Positions 39,121-52,589 of a stretch of DNA of 64,000 nt are shown here, piece after piece; the first letter of the stretch is position 1; each line of letters starts with the position of its first letter. The position numbers and the translations under genes are program-made. The DNA is from Octopus sinensis (Eukaryota): contig NC_043013.1 of NCBI RefSeq assembly GCF_006345805.1, positions 46,252,001-46,316,000 on the forward strand, read 5' to 3'. Below the pieces are notes generated by a model. That model ran no database searches and was not told where the DNA came from. It saw nothing but the letters and a program-made list of their open reading frames with translations.

Positions 39121-41556
39121 TTCTAGATGAGTTAGGAGCTTATTATTACCCCATAATCATTTGGATTTGTAAAATAAGTGTTAAAAGATGGTAATTTGTA
39201 AGAGAATATGTATGTTTGGCATGGAATTTTTCCCATGTAACATGGAAGATTGTTAGAATAGCTTGGTGAGTGTTGAGAACTTCAGAACAGTTTGTTAATT
39301 TACATAAAACGTCTTCAACATGCAATATAGAAATATGATGTTACGGTAGAGTTTGACAGTGTTAGCAAGTTTGGAAGGAAGTTAAATTGAAAGGATCATT
39401 TTAGTAGAATGTGTAGATAAGAATGTTCCATGAGAGAGAGAGAGATAGGAAAGAGACAATGTAATCCACTTTCATTGCACTTGTGCACAATGTTAATAAA
39501 ATGAATTGAATGTTATTTTGGCAAGAAGCCTGAAGATAAATCAACTACTTGGAAAAGTAAAAAGTTTCTTTTTTTTTTTTCCTTTTGTATTTTCTTTTGA
39601 CTTCTTGCTCCAGTGTACCACACCCTCTTGGAGTGGGAATGGTAACACTTTAATAGTAACAATGTTAATGAAATGATGATGACAACTGTAGTTTTTAACT
39701 CCTTTAAAAGGGTGCTGGATGCGTACTTTGACAAAAGCAGTATTGCAAGGTGTGGGGGTCTATTTTAGATTTTGAAGAAATGGCTTTTTTAGGCATTTTG
39801 AAATGCACAAACCTCAGGGAACAAGTGTAGTGACACAGATCTTGGTCAAGAGTTCTTGTGTATGTTGTGATGGGGCATGTTCTGGAGGTTGACTTTAATG
39901 ATAAGTGAAACAGAAAAGATAAGTCCTCTAAATAGCAGGTGGACAAATCACAAAAAGTAAGAATCTTATGTTGGCAGTTATATGAATAAATGACATGAAA
40001 TTCCAGCAGAATAATGTAAGGATTATAATAACATCTCTCCACCAAAAACAGTTTGATATCAGACAGAACAAAAGACACTTTAAAATTTGAAATTATCACA
40101 CAAGCTGCCATTTACTTGGATAATATCAAGACGTTTTAGTCATTTAATAGGTGTGTTTACATGCATTGACAATTGATCAGTCATAAAACCATATTACTAA
40201 ACCAATATAAGAGAACTGATCAGCCATAAAACCTTGTTATTGAACCAATGATTTGGGCAGTGGATCCCTGACATTTACAATGAAGCCTCTAAAAGGTTTT
40301 ATTAAGATCTGCTCTGATAGGTCAGTGAAATTTCTTGAAAGACACGACATTAAAGATCCTCGGTTGTACTTCTTAAACTGTGTTTCCATAGCAGTAGATA
40401 AGGTCTTTCATCACAAGGAGCCAATGAAATTTTTTAAAGACAAAAATTATCAATTAGAATTTTGCTACCCAGGAAAGAGCATAATTCTTTTTAAGATATG
40501 TATTATTATTAAGTTACATTGTAACTAATTGGGTTTTTTTAAAAAAGACAGCGTTAAAAATGAAAGCTAATGAAACTGAATTATCAAACATATTTTATAA
40601 TCATAACTTCAAAGGCAACAATTAAAATAACTGCAATTTACAAATTGTAAATGTGTTATGTTGAATGGATGAAGAGGATTTAATTCATTTGAAAATATTT
40701 GGAAGACTTTAAATAATTTTACCTTTTACTTTGCAAAAATACAATTGATAATTATATTCCTTCAGGAAATTAAGTTCAAAACAAATTATAAAAGAGATTT
40801 AGGAAATTTCTTAACTTTCAAACATTATTTCAAGTCAATGAATTTTTATGTTTCTGTGAATTAACACAAAACCTTAAGAACTGAGTTTGTTTTTTTTTTT
40901 TGTTGCTTTTTTTACAACTGAAGCCAGTATCATTGGGTTTGATGAAAATGGCATGGTTTAGTCAAATGTCCAAATAGGTATCAGGGTTCTACCTTGGAAG
41001 CAGTAAACTGGGCCAAAATAGTACAAAGTAATACAAGTAAAGATATTAAAATAATTTTTGATTTGTCTTCACTACCATAATTTCTAATGCAGAAAAGAGT
41101 TCAACTTTTCATCCATTCTAATGTTTTAGTAATCTTGGAATATTTCAGTAATATTTTTTAGCCCTCTGATTACTTCGAACATTAATAAAAAAATATTTTA
41201 AAATTTCAAAAGTTAAACATTTATGATAAGATGCTAATGTTATGATTCAGAGATTAAAACCATGGATATTTGTTAGTTTCAGTAGGGTGTAGAAATAAGG
41301 CCCACATATTGAATTTGAATAAAATCATTTCTACATTAACTCAACTACAAAAAATCTTGAATTTAATTTATTAATTTCTCTAAATAACATCATTAACACA
41401 AGATAAATGATATCTTTGTTAAGAATTACCACTGTAAATAGAGACCACCACCACCACTGCCACTACCACCACTACCACCAATAACGGTGAGAATGGAAGA
41501 ATAACGATTAAACATTAACAAGAATACAAAAGATGTTAACAAATGGAGAAGCCTAC

Positions 41557-41786
41557 CTCTACTTTGATGTCGGCTTGGGGTGAAGCACCTGATGAGCTAC
41601 CTGTGTTAGCAGGACTGATGTTACGAGGAGGCGGATGTGTGGCAGGGTTCCATGTAGGAGCATTCACAATGGGAGGTGTGGAATGCAATGTAGGATAAGT
41701 ATTAACAGCAGTTTGATCCCTCACAGTGGCACTGATGCTTCCAGGAGCTGGACTTGATGAACCAACAACTGGACCTTGGAATGCAG
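41557..41786 (-). CDS. NAB: NAB homolog, third coding exon (end of NCD1 plus Pro/Ser/Thr-rich linker)
   Basis: Acceptor ctttatattttcag|CT continues the frame (WVANP-AAFQ); donor GAG|GTAGGC; 230 nt, phase 1-0, no stops: AAFQGPVVGSSSPAPG...SGASPQADIKVE. Confidence 0.85.
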
Positions 41787-43419
41787 CTGAAAATATAAAG
41801 ATTTGTTTTAGGACCTAGATTTAGCAATCATAAAAAACTACAATGCAAAGAAGACTATCAACAAGCAAAATCTCGATAAGTTAATGCAAAAAAACTCTGT
41901 TGCTTTTTATGTGTTAGTGGAACATCTCTGCAATTCCTTGACAGAGAGTTCAAGTCAAATATACAAGTAACAGTTGGACAGTATCAGCCACAAGATTATC
42001 TCTAGTTATGGTTGGCTACTTTTTCTGATAAGCTTTTCTTTTACTTGACTTTTAAATTTTTGGCTGTTAATTTGACTTGTATTTACAGTAGAAATTTTTA
42101 CAATTGCATACTCTATATTAAGCCAAACCAATTTATAATGGTAAAATGATTAACTGCTACCTACAAAGAGCTAACGAAATGTTTTGAAAACAGACTAGTG
42201 GCAACTGTAAGTGAATGGTGGTGGAGGATGTCCAATGAGTTGTTTAGGTTATTGGTAACGTCAGAACTGATGCCACTAAAGCAAATCAATAAAATTAAAA
42301 TGGGCATGAAAATGTCTGAATGAAGTTGCCCCAAGAGACTCTATCCTAAAGAGACTAGAATGGACTTTTGCCAATTCTTGTCAATAAAAAGACACAAAGT
42401 TATAAAGCAATTTATTGGCTAACTTAAAACTTCCATCCAGAAGGAAATTCTATAAGAAAGAATTGTCAGCGATTCTGTCAGTTCTTTAACAATGTTTTGG
42501 AAGAAAGTTTATTGAACCTTATCTTTGGTCGAAATAGAAGTAAGTAGGTAATGGATTGAAAAGTGACTTTTCATATGTTCACTCCAGATGCAATCAATAT
42601 TTTGGCAAGCTTTAAGGTTGTTAAATCTCAAAAATTTGACTGATACTACAGATAAGATGTAAGATATCATTGTTACTAAACACTACAGGAATGGTTTCAA
42701 ATCAGTTATTCTGAATAGAAACTCATTATTGTATAAACAAATTTCTTACTCAATCTCAGGGAATAAAATGGAACAATAATCTTGTAACACATTTATTTAG
42801 CGGAAATGATGATATATAAAGATACCTTATCTTCCTTTTTATGATTATCCTGTGAAGCAGCTTGAACTGGACAAATATATTCAAATGACACCATTTTATC
42901 AATCTAAATTGCCATAATTCACTCTAAATTACTTTATTTTATTTTGTGTTCGTAGCACTTAACTAATAATATACTAAGATGTCCAGCGCTGATGAACTAG
43001 CTTCACTATATCTTAGGACAAACTGGGCTTCATTAATTTAATGAAACTCAAGTTAGACAAAGTAACATTTATATAGCTGTTGTGTTTCTCAAACCAACTA
43101 TCATTCAGCAGCCTTTTTTTTAAATTTTGAGACATAGTCTTGTACAAAGAATCAATTTATCTGTCTATCTATCAATTGCTCTCTCTCTCTCTCTCACCAC
43201 ACACATCTATGATCGGTTTTGTATAGTTTTCTTCAACCAAATTCACTTGCAAGGCAATTGCTGGCCTGGGGCTACAGAAAATACTTACCCAAGGCGCCAT
43301 GCAGTGGGAATGAACTCAAAACTGCATGACTGCAACTCAAACTTTTATATGCTTGTCCAGAAAACAAATAGCAGACTTAGTAAATACTACACAGTTTACT
43401 AACTCATTATACATATAGT

Positions 43420-43639
43420 TACTCTCTTTTATTCTTTTACTTGTTTCAGTCATGTGACTGTGGCCATGCTGAAGCACCGCCTTTAGTCGAGCAAATCGAC
43501 TCCAGGACTTATTCTTTGTAAGCCTAGTACTTATTCTATCGGTCTCTTTTGCCGAACTGCTAAGTTACGGGAACGTAAACACACCAGCATCGGTTGTCAA
43601 GCAATGGTGGGGGGGACAAACACAGAAACACAAACACAT

Positions 43640-43682
<43 letters not shown>

Positions 43683-43874
43683 ATATTATATATATATATA
43701 TACATATATACGACGGGCTTCTTTCAGTTTCCGTCTACCAAATCCACTCACAAGAATTTGGTCGGCCCGAGGCTATAGTAGAAGACACTTGCCCAAGGTG
43801 CCATGCAGTGGAACTGAATCCAGAACCGTGTGGTTGGTAAACAAGCTACTTACCACACAGCCGCTCCTATGCCT
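43420..43874 (-). mobile_element. SINE family A
   Basis: Full length, colinear with other copies. Confidence 0.92.
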
Positions 43875-44907
43875 AGTTAGGGTATCTAGCTCTAAACAAA
43901 CCTGATATACATTAATTGAACCCATTTAATCCCCGCAGGTATGACAAAACATTAAATACGATAATAACAGAGTTACTGTTTTGTAACCATCACACAGAAT
44001 TTTAGTGTATAACAAATTATTGAAGAATGTAACAAATAAAAAAAAAATGATGTACATTTAATGTAGGTGTTCAAACTTCAAGCATAATTTGGTTACAATA
44101 AAGGCATGGAAACTTTGAAATTTCCTAATGTTGAATTGAAATTGCAACGGATACTTTTGTGTTGAACATCAAAATAATAGGAATTAGATATTAAAGTATC
44201 AAGGAATTCTATTTCATAGATATATTCTATAGAATAATGGTTTTAAAATATTCCTACTTATATCTGTTTATGATTATGTAAAATTTTAAGGTGAAATTAA
44301 TAATCTTTAGTTGTTAATTGAGACTCCATACCATTCCTTACTTGGTTCTAAACACCTCAATATGAGAATTAGAAACCACTTCTTAAGCAAATTTCTGTAA
44401 TATTCATTGTTAAAAACCTGACACTTAACGTTGTTTTTTAGCTGATTGTTTCCAAAAAATATCGTTAATGTGGAACTTGAACTGCAAAACTGCAGAGGCT
44501 AGATGATGGCTAAATCAGTGGAATACGGTGAGTAAATGTATAAGGATGTCAAAAAAAAAAAAAAAAAAAAAAAAAAAACAACAGAAAAAGCTTCCACTTT
44601 GAGCAGGTGTTAATACAGAAGATTGTTATATTTCACAAAACCTGAGATTGATGATGATAGATATTGTATTTGTGTTATATGCAGAGAAAACAAGGAGAAA
44701 CTTCTGGATTAGAAATATTTAATTAGGAAAACAAAAATGCAGCAAGAATGGAAGGTGATAATAGCTTGTTATCTCAAATACAGAGGAGCTGCTTAGAAAA
44801 TACAAACAATAAAAAAAAACATGAAAATGCATATGATTATACACACACACATGCAGGTATGGTTGTGTGGTATATGAAGATATACCACATGTGTGGTATA
44901 TAAAGAT

Positions 44908-45326
44908 GAAGGCGGCGAGCTGGCAGAAATGTTAGCACGCTGGGCGAAATGCTTAGCGGTATTTCGTCTGCCGTTACGTTCTGAGTTCAAATTCCGCCGA
45001 GGTCGACTTTGCCTTTTATCCTTTCGGGGTTGATAAATTAAGTGCCAGTTATGCACTGGGGGTCGATGTAATCAACTTAATCCGTTTGTCTGTCCTTGTT
45101 TGTCCCCTCTGTGTTTAGCCCCTTGAGGGTAGTAAAGAAATAGGTATTTCGTCTGCCATTACGTTCTGAGTTCAAATTCCGCCGAGGTCAACTTTGCCTT
45201 TCATCCTTTCGGGGTCGATAAATTAAGTACCAGTTACGCACTGCGGTCGATGTAATCGACTTAATCCGTTTGTCTGTCCTTGTTTGTCCCCTCTGTGTTT
45301 AGCCCCTTGTGGGTAGTAAAGAAATA
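44908..45326 (+). mobile_element. SINE family B with tandem ~185-bp internal duplication
   Basis: Units start at 44958 and 45143; TSD ggtatat(a/g)aagat at 44895 and 45327. Confidence 0.9.
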
Positions 45327-45869
45327 GGTATATGAAGATATAACTGCATAGTAAAGAGACTCCCTTCTCAGTGTCACATGGGAACATATCAGAAGAAACT
45401 TACCTAAGGTGCCACTGTGTGGCGTCGTGGGCAAGCTTCTGATATTATAACCCCAAGCTGACTAAATTCAATAGATGGAAACTGAAAGAAGCCTGTCTCT
45501 TTTTCTCTGTACATACAAACTCCCACCACACACATAAACATATTTGTAAGTATGGACATGCGTGTGTCTGTGTGTCCGTGGGTGTTACAGGCTAATAATG
45601 CTTTCTTTTGATGATAATGTATTAAAACAAAATTAGAAAACATTTAATATTAATAAGATAAGGGGAAAAAAATGTTTGCCAGCAAAGAAACTGTTTTACT
45701 TGTATTTATTGTGGAATTCCATTGTTTTGAGATTAAATTGCTTGTCATCTCTTAAAACACAATTAAATGAATAACAGTTGTAAAACTATGGAGCATTTAA
45801 ATCAGTCGAGGTTCTTGCTCAAGTGAAAGACAGAGAAAGTGCTGCTTTTCTTCAAGAAAGTTATCAAAC

Positions 45870-45931
45870 CTGAACTACTACTACTACCACTACCATAACC
45901 ACCACCACCACCTCTACTACTACTGCTGCTG

Positions 45932-45962
<31 letters not shown>

Positions 45963-46030
45963 CATAACCATCACCACGACTACTACCTCTACTACTTCTA
46001 CTTCTACTACTACTACTGTTGCTGCTGCCG
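45870..46030. repeat. (CTA)/(CCA)/(CTG) compound trinucleotide repeat
   Basis: Direct reading. Confidence 0.9.
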
Positions 46031-46336
46031 CCACACACACACACACCTGCTTTTCTAAGGTCAGTAGGGCTACCATCTGTATCATCCTAACTGTGAGTAT
46101 GACTCTTCTGTGGAAGTCTAATCTGAGTCTTCTTTTGTTGCCATGACTTTAAATCTCTACCAATTCATGATTCCAAATTCCATCAACATATTGCATCTTA
46201 TAATAATAATTCCACAGCCATGGCTTTTTGTATACTTCATTTGTATACTTAAAAAAATCTCCACGTATATAAGATCCAGTTATATTTGTTTAAGCAATTG
46301 TAAATTGTCTCATCTGCAGACAGTGACTAAAAGTAT

Positions 46337-46528
46337 ACTCTCTCTTTTACTTGTTTCAGTCATTTGACTGCAGCCATGCTGGAGCACCGCCTTTAGTCGA
46401 TCAAATCGACCCTGGGACTTATTCTTTGTAAGCCCAGTACTTATTCTATCGGTCTCTTTTGCCGAACCACTAAGTGACGGGGACATAAACACACCAGCAT
46501 CGGTTGTCAAGCAATGCTAGGGGGACAA

Positions 46529-46563
<35 letters not shown>

Positions 46564-46727
46564 CGACAGGCTTCTTTCAGTTTCCGTCTACCAAATCCAC
46601 TCACAAGGCATTGGTCGGCCCGGGGTTATAGCAAAAGACACTTGCCCAAGATGCCACGCAGTGGGACTGAACCCGGAACCATGTGGTTAGTAAACAAGCT
46701 ACTTACCACACAGCCACTCCTGCGCCT
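46337..46727 (-). mobile_element. SINE family A (young)
   Basis: Full length. Confidence 0.92.
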
Positions 46728-46728
46728 A

Positions 46729-46848
46729 TACATGTATTAAAGCGCTACTAATAGTTTCATATATTGAGAAAACTCAAACATATTCTTCAGGCGCAAACCA
46801 CACATCATAACGAACTATGAAACTATTAGTAGCACTTTAATACATGTA
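46729..46848. mobile_element. TA-flanked MITE with 33-bp TIRs
   Basis: tacatgtattaaagcgctactaatagtttcata vs tatgaaactattagtagcactttaatacatgta, one mismatch. Confidence 0.75.
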
Positions 46849-46910
46849 TTGTGTCCTTTAAATAATGTTTATCTATCATCAGATGGAGTACTTTTTTTGT
46901 TGAATTTTCT

Positions 46911-47224
46911 TCTTCTTCTTCTTCTTACAGCATTCACCCGGAGTGGGTTGAGCTGGCTTCATTCATCCTCAACGCTGCATCTCTCACAAACGCCGACCAG
47001 GCCTGGCAATTTGAGGCTAACGACCGCGTGATCTCCAACCACTCCTTATTCCAGCGGCGAACACCGTAGATATGGGGGCCTAGATTGGGTTCCAGATCAG
47101 CCTTGACTGTCGTCAGCCAGGTTTTTTGTTGTCCACCACATTGCTTTCGCCAACCCTGATTTGGGAGCTGGGGCAATTGCTTCGTAGATGAATTCTCCTG
47201 GTTGACGACGGATGTGTTCAGGGA
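46911..47224 (-). mobile_element. RTE-clade LINE 3' fragment with (AAG)n tail
   Basis: ORF WRKQCGGQQKTWLTTVKADLEP...AWSAFVRDAALRMNEASSTHSG*; 13-bp TSD tgttgaattttct at 46898 and 47225. Confidence 0.85.
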
Positions 47225-47299
47225 TGTTGAATTTTCTATCACGGCTCAGTATATTATATATATTATTTAAAACATTTTGATTAAGCTCCCATGCATCTC

Positions 47300-47417
47300 T
47301 GAAAGGATGAAAGGCAAAGTCAACCTTGGCGGAATTTGAACTTAGAATCTAAAGACAGATGAAATACCAATTAGCATTTAGCCTTGCATGCTAATGATTC
47401 TGCCAGCTCACCACTCT
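47300..47417 (-). mobile_element. SINE family B 5' part
   Basis: aaaggatgaaaggcaaagtcaacc...ctgccagctcacc. Confidence 0.75.
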
Positions 47418-47823
47418 ATGAACAGATGAAAACAGTGAGTGATACTTTTGCCCATTATAGAATTTGAAATAATGTGTGCCATACTATAGATATAAAATTC
47501 TATATAAACCATGTGTGTGATTCTATTTCATTTATACCTCTAACGCAATTGAGAAAATTATAAATATCATAATTCCTGCCTGCTCTCCTGCGCCTCAAAG
47601 TCAAAAAGGCAGATCACAAATTGATAAAACATCAAAATATTGACTCTGTTTATTGCTCTGGTAAGTGGGTTGAATGAATTTTTATCTTTATAAATACATA
47701 ACTACAGATATAATATATGCAGAGATGGGAAATACAAAATATCAAACTGAAGTGTGGGGTACCATGGATGGGGGTACTTGAAGAACGAAGGCAATTGTGT
47801 GAATAAGAATAGAGATTTTGCAG

Positions 47824-47863
<40 letters not shown>

Positions 47864-48618
47864 CAGTACAATCTAATGGAAATGATGATGGTAAAAAGTT
47901 ACTATTGTATTTATATTTCTTTGGGGGCTGTAGGCTCCAAAGCTATCATGAAGCAGAAGTGGTAGAAGAATGGAAAGCAGCACTAAGATATATATATGAA
48001 GCCACAAGTAGAGATTTTAACAATAAAAACTGTTTTGTATTCTTGTGTGTTTGTTTACTCAGCTGCTGTATAGTCTGAGGTCATGCAAGCCAAGCCATAT
48101 AAAAAAAAGGCAAGGAAGAAAATAACTGAATGAAAAGTTGCTGATATATATTTTTTTAATATTTTGAGTTTCTGCTTGGGAGAGTGTTTCGTAAAATGAG
48201 AGTTCAGAAAGGAATAATAAGATGAGTACGGGGTTGATCTATACAGAGCAAGGATCCGTGTGATTCAGTTGAGAAAACCAGCATGAAACATGTTTGCAAA
48301 GATTTATATATAAATGATAATAGTATCTAACAAGGTTTTAGAATTTTTTCACAAAGATGTTCAACCTGCTTGTGTATATAGAGACCTTTCCGAAATACAT
48401 GTAGGTACATGTTTATTATAAATCAGGAATATGCCTTATATCTCCCATGTAGTGTCTCTGATAGTGGTTCAGTATCTGATATAAAAATCTAGTTTTCAAC
48501 TGTTGTTATTCATCTTGCTTCTATTAAAACAAACAAAAGAGCTACAGTTCCACGGGAGGAATGATAGTAAATGGATTACCAAGTAAATACTCTACAAGAA
48601 GAAAGCAAATATTCCTAC

Positions 48619-48756
48619 CTGGATTTGCTACCCACTCTTGGAGTGCTTTTTGTAAACGTCTAACATGCAGAGGTTTACTTGCCATGCCTACCAGAGCCAT
48701 AATCTCAAGAAATTCTTCCTCTCCAGCTTCACACAATTGTTGAACATCATCTCCTC
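48619..48756 (-). CDS. NAB: NAB homolog, second coding exon (NCD1 core)
   Basis: Acceptor tttctctctattttcag|GA and donor CCAG|GTAGGA; 138 nt, phase 1-1. Translates (G)[45 protein letters not shown], near-identical to the NAB NCD1 signature. Confidence 0.97.
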
Positions 48757-51291
48757 CTGAAAATAGAGAGAAAGCTTCTTATCATTTTTAAGAGACAAAA
48801 ATTGATTGTTATGGAAAAAAAAAAAAATATGGTGAGATAATTTTGTTTGTTTTACAACACAATGTAAAATAATAGAAAGCAATCAAATGATAAAAAAAAA
48901 AGGCAAAACAATCAAAAGATTATAAGATTCAATCTGAATGGAATATTGGGAGATCAATAAACATTCTGAATTATTTATTGAAACTTTTTCCTAACTGGTA
49001 AATTCACATTGCTTTTGCAAGGTTTTCCCTTTGTTTTTAATTTTTTTTCTTCTAATTTTTAGATATTCACACAGCTTTCTTGTTTGTACATTATACAAGT
49101 GAGAAAAAGTAAATATAAATAAAAATTATATATAAAAAATTCAAAAATAGTAAGAGAAAATATTTAATAATATCAATTCTAATTGTATGATATAACTTCT
49201 TTTTCTAAAGAGACAAAAGGAAGAAGTACAGTTATTGATATTAGACATTTAACACTTTTATTATTTAAATATTGACTCTAGAATAATTCACAGTATTTAT
49301 AAAATCTTTTGTACTGTCAAAACTGTTTGAATTTTTAATGTAAAGTTACTTCACTACAACACTAGTAGCTTTTTATTCAAGTCAAAACATGAATAGTTTA
49401 AAAACAAAACAAAATCAAGGTAAAAGTTCTGTTTTAAAAGAAAACTATTCCAACAAAACTTGCCATCAATATTAGTAATAAAATGAAACAGAAGCAAATA
49501 AGCACCTGATATGAAATGTAAATTAATAAAAACTAAACCGATACCTAAGCCTTTATATCTTTTGCAAGACAACATTTGAAAACATTTAAGAAAAATCAAA
49601 CTTATATGTTATCAAACTAAAACGTGTATTGAACTCTACATCTAAAGAACATGCACTTCCAGTAGTTTTATGTTATTTTTCTGCTGACAATTCTTTTTCA
49701 TTTTCTTTCAAAGTGTGGATATCTTCATTCTATTTCTAAAACAACACAAAAGATTTCAATGATAGAGAAAATATGCTTTTTAAATACTTCAATAGAATTA
49801 TTATTTCATAGAAGCATGAAATGCAGAGTGGAAGCTGTGTTTTCTTTTTTCTTTTTCTTTTTTTTTATTTTTACTTTTTCCTTTTTTTTTAATATTTATT
49901 TATTTATTTATTTAAAAAGTGAATTTTAATTCAAGCTATTTGCCTTCAGGTTAGTGAAGTCTAAAGAGGAGTCTCACCAAACCAACAGATAATGAGCAGT
50001 TAAAAATATTCCATACTTGGCGAACCAATATTTGAAAAGAATATAAAATGTATAAAATGACAGTTATAAAAATGGAATTAAAGAAAAAGTATTAAATTAA
50101 CAACAACAAAAAAAAAGTAAATCCCCTCACTATATATATTTTTTTTTCTCTGTGTTTTGCTCTTATCAAATATTTTGTATTGAAAGTTTTTATTTTATTT
50201 AAGCAGTTTGAAAAGAATATTCTTTTAGCTTGTAAAAAAAAAAGTCTTATTTAGGAAAGATTTATGCTGTATTTTATAGCACATCCAGGTTCAGTTGAAG
50301 TACATGTACATTAAATAGAGGAAAATATAGAGAACTGAAATTAAAGAGATTAAATCGCAAGAAAATATTATAGGTGGAATATCAGTGTAGGAACCAACTG
50401 CATGATGGACAAAAAAAGCATAAACAACAATGGCAAAACAAAAATATGCTAAACTAAAATAAAAAAAATAAAAAAAAAAAAAGGAAAAAAAGATACTATT
50501 AGAGAATTAGACTTGAACTTCATCTATGAAATTTTGCTTTTGGAAAGTAACATCGAGAATACTGTCAAGAATAATGGAAATAGAATTATATGTTTAGGCT
50601 TCAGTTTATTTTTTGAAGTTTAGAAATACTTTAAAAAAAAAAACCTTAATGAACTAAAGACTTTAAAGAGAACTTCCAAACCGACACTTACTGTACCCAA
50701 GAAAAATACATTGGAAAATAGATAGAAATCTGCAAAAATGAGCCATTTCTTTTTCCTTCCTTTTTTTTTTTTTTTTTTACTTTAACCGCCCCCCCCCCCC
50801 CCACCTTTGTATGCACTCAAGATGCCATGAGGCAACTTCAGATTTTTCTATTGCTACGAAGAAGTAAAATGTTCTTGAAGAAAATCTTGAAATGAAACCT
50901 TCGACATATCAGTAGTAGTAGTAGTAGTTTTCATATTGCAACCACAAACATGAATATTTACATTGTTATCTACGTAAAGACTAAGCCAACCCATCTATGT
51001 AATGACAAACACTCAGCTTAGAAAATACAGAAAGATAATGCAATAATTACACTGCACTGCACAATTAAGATAAGGAAACGTTATTGGTGTTTCACACTGT
51101 CCTTTCCATCAATAAGTCCAACTGTGAAAGTATGAGTGAAAGCCATTTTTATCAGCCAAGCAAACTGAGGTGAGGAGGGTTATGTACCTTGCCTATGAAA
51201 ACCCCCACAAAGTTAGTTGTAAATTCAGGACTCCAGGTCGACCGTATGCAAATCTTCAAAATATTGAATGTTACTACTATATGAATAATCA

Positions 51292-51665
51292 GTGGAGGCG
51301 CAATGGCCCAGTGGTTAGGGCAGCGGACTCGTGGTTTCGATTCCCAGACCGGGCGTTGTGAGTGTTTATTGAGCGAAAACACCTAAAGCTCCACAAGGCT
51401 CCGGCAGGGGATGGTGGTGATCCCTGCTGTACTCTTTCACCACAACTTTCTCTCACTCTTACTTCCTGTTTCTGTTGTACCTGTATTTCAATGGGCCGGA
51501 CTTGTCACTCTCTGTGTCACGTTGAATATCCCCGAGAACTACGTTAAGGGTACATATGTCTGTGGAGTGCTCAGCCACTTACACGTTAATTTCACGAGCA
51601 GGCTGTTCCGTTGATCGGATCAACCGGAACCCTTGTCGTCGTAACCGACGGAGTGCTCCCCTCCC
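51292..51665 (+). mobile_element. SINE family F, tail type 2
   Basis: 15-bp TSD ctatatgaataatca at 51277 and 51666. Confidence 0.9.
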
Positions 51666-52012
51666 CTATATGAATAATCACTAGAATTAGTAAGAGACTG
51701 TCTACACCAATATAAAGCCATTAGGGGGAAAAAAGCTGCTAAAGAGATATATGCCTGTTACTGCTAGATCTCACAACATGTAATCATAGACTTCTTTTGC
51801 TGTTGTTTCTTGTTAGAAATTCTGTTGGTTAATATTTAAAGAACTCTTACATAGTCCATGATTTTTCTCTTTGAAAGTGCATGTGTCTCAATGCGAACTT
51901 TCAGCTACCTATGTGTAAAACTATGTCTTTTAAAATTTTAACTTGTTTGCCAATACATACATATATAGATTTTTCTCATTTTGCTCTCTCTCTCTCTCTC
52001 ATATATATTTAT

Positions 52013-52298
52013 GGAGGCGCAATGGCCCAGTGGTTAGGGCAGCAGACTCGTGGTCGTAGGATCGCGGTTTCGATTCCCAGACCGGGCGTTGTGAGTGTTT
52101 ATTGAGCGAAAACACCTAAAAGCTCCACAAGGCTCCGGCAGGGGGTGGTGCTGTACTCTTTCACCGCTCTTTCTTCTGTTGGCCTGCTCACTTAGCTAGT
52201 GGGGTGGCGTCATTCGAAGGCTAAAACAATGCGAACGCATTGTGACCAGCGATGTGTAACAACATCTGATAGTCTGGTTGGTCATGTGATCATGTGAT
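52013..52298 (+). mobile_element. SINE family F, tail type 3
   Basis: Head shared with 51292 copy up to ggctccggcaggg, then a different 3' module. Confidence 0.85.
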
Positions 52299-52589
52299 AT
52301 ATATATATATATATATATATAGCTGCCTAACGATAACTGGCTATATGCAATTTTTCGTTTGAACAGATACAAGTATAACAGAATAAAAATACAAACAGGC
52401 AAACAACTGGTACCAGGGTAGATTATGACATTTATATATTTAAACATGAGGTCTGAGTTATTTCAAAAGTATAGATAGATCATAAGAGGAAGAATGTGCA
52501 GATAGTCTCTAACCAACTGCTTAGATGTTACCAATATAAATTCCATTTATTCTGAATCTCTTTTAATCTAATCCCACAGGGCAGTTTCC

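Larger units (their letters stand above)
41787..48618 (-). other. NAB intron (about 6.8 kb)
   Basis: GT at 48618-48617, AG at 41788-41787; joins the exons in frame. Confidence 0.85.

Noticed and set aside
40253-40528. 91-aa plus-strand ORF (similarly 53814-54101 and 32383-32652)
   Set aside because: No motif or splice support; lengths are expected by chance or arise from repeats.
42130-42700. Possible I/Nimb-type LINE RT relic
   Set aside because: Too degraded to assign by eye.
44958-45326. CRISPR-like or other prokaryotic repeat array
   Set aside because: The units are a duplicated SINE body without unique spacers, and the context is eukaryotic.
51294-51360. tRNA gene (also 17820-17883, 52013-52085)
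   Set aside because: A/B boxes are present, but there is no closed acceptor stem and the sequence continues into SINE bodies with TSDs.
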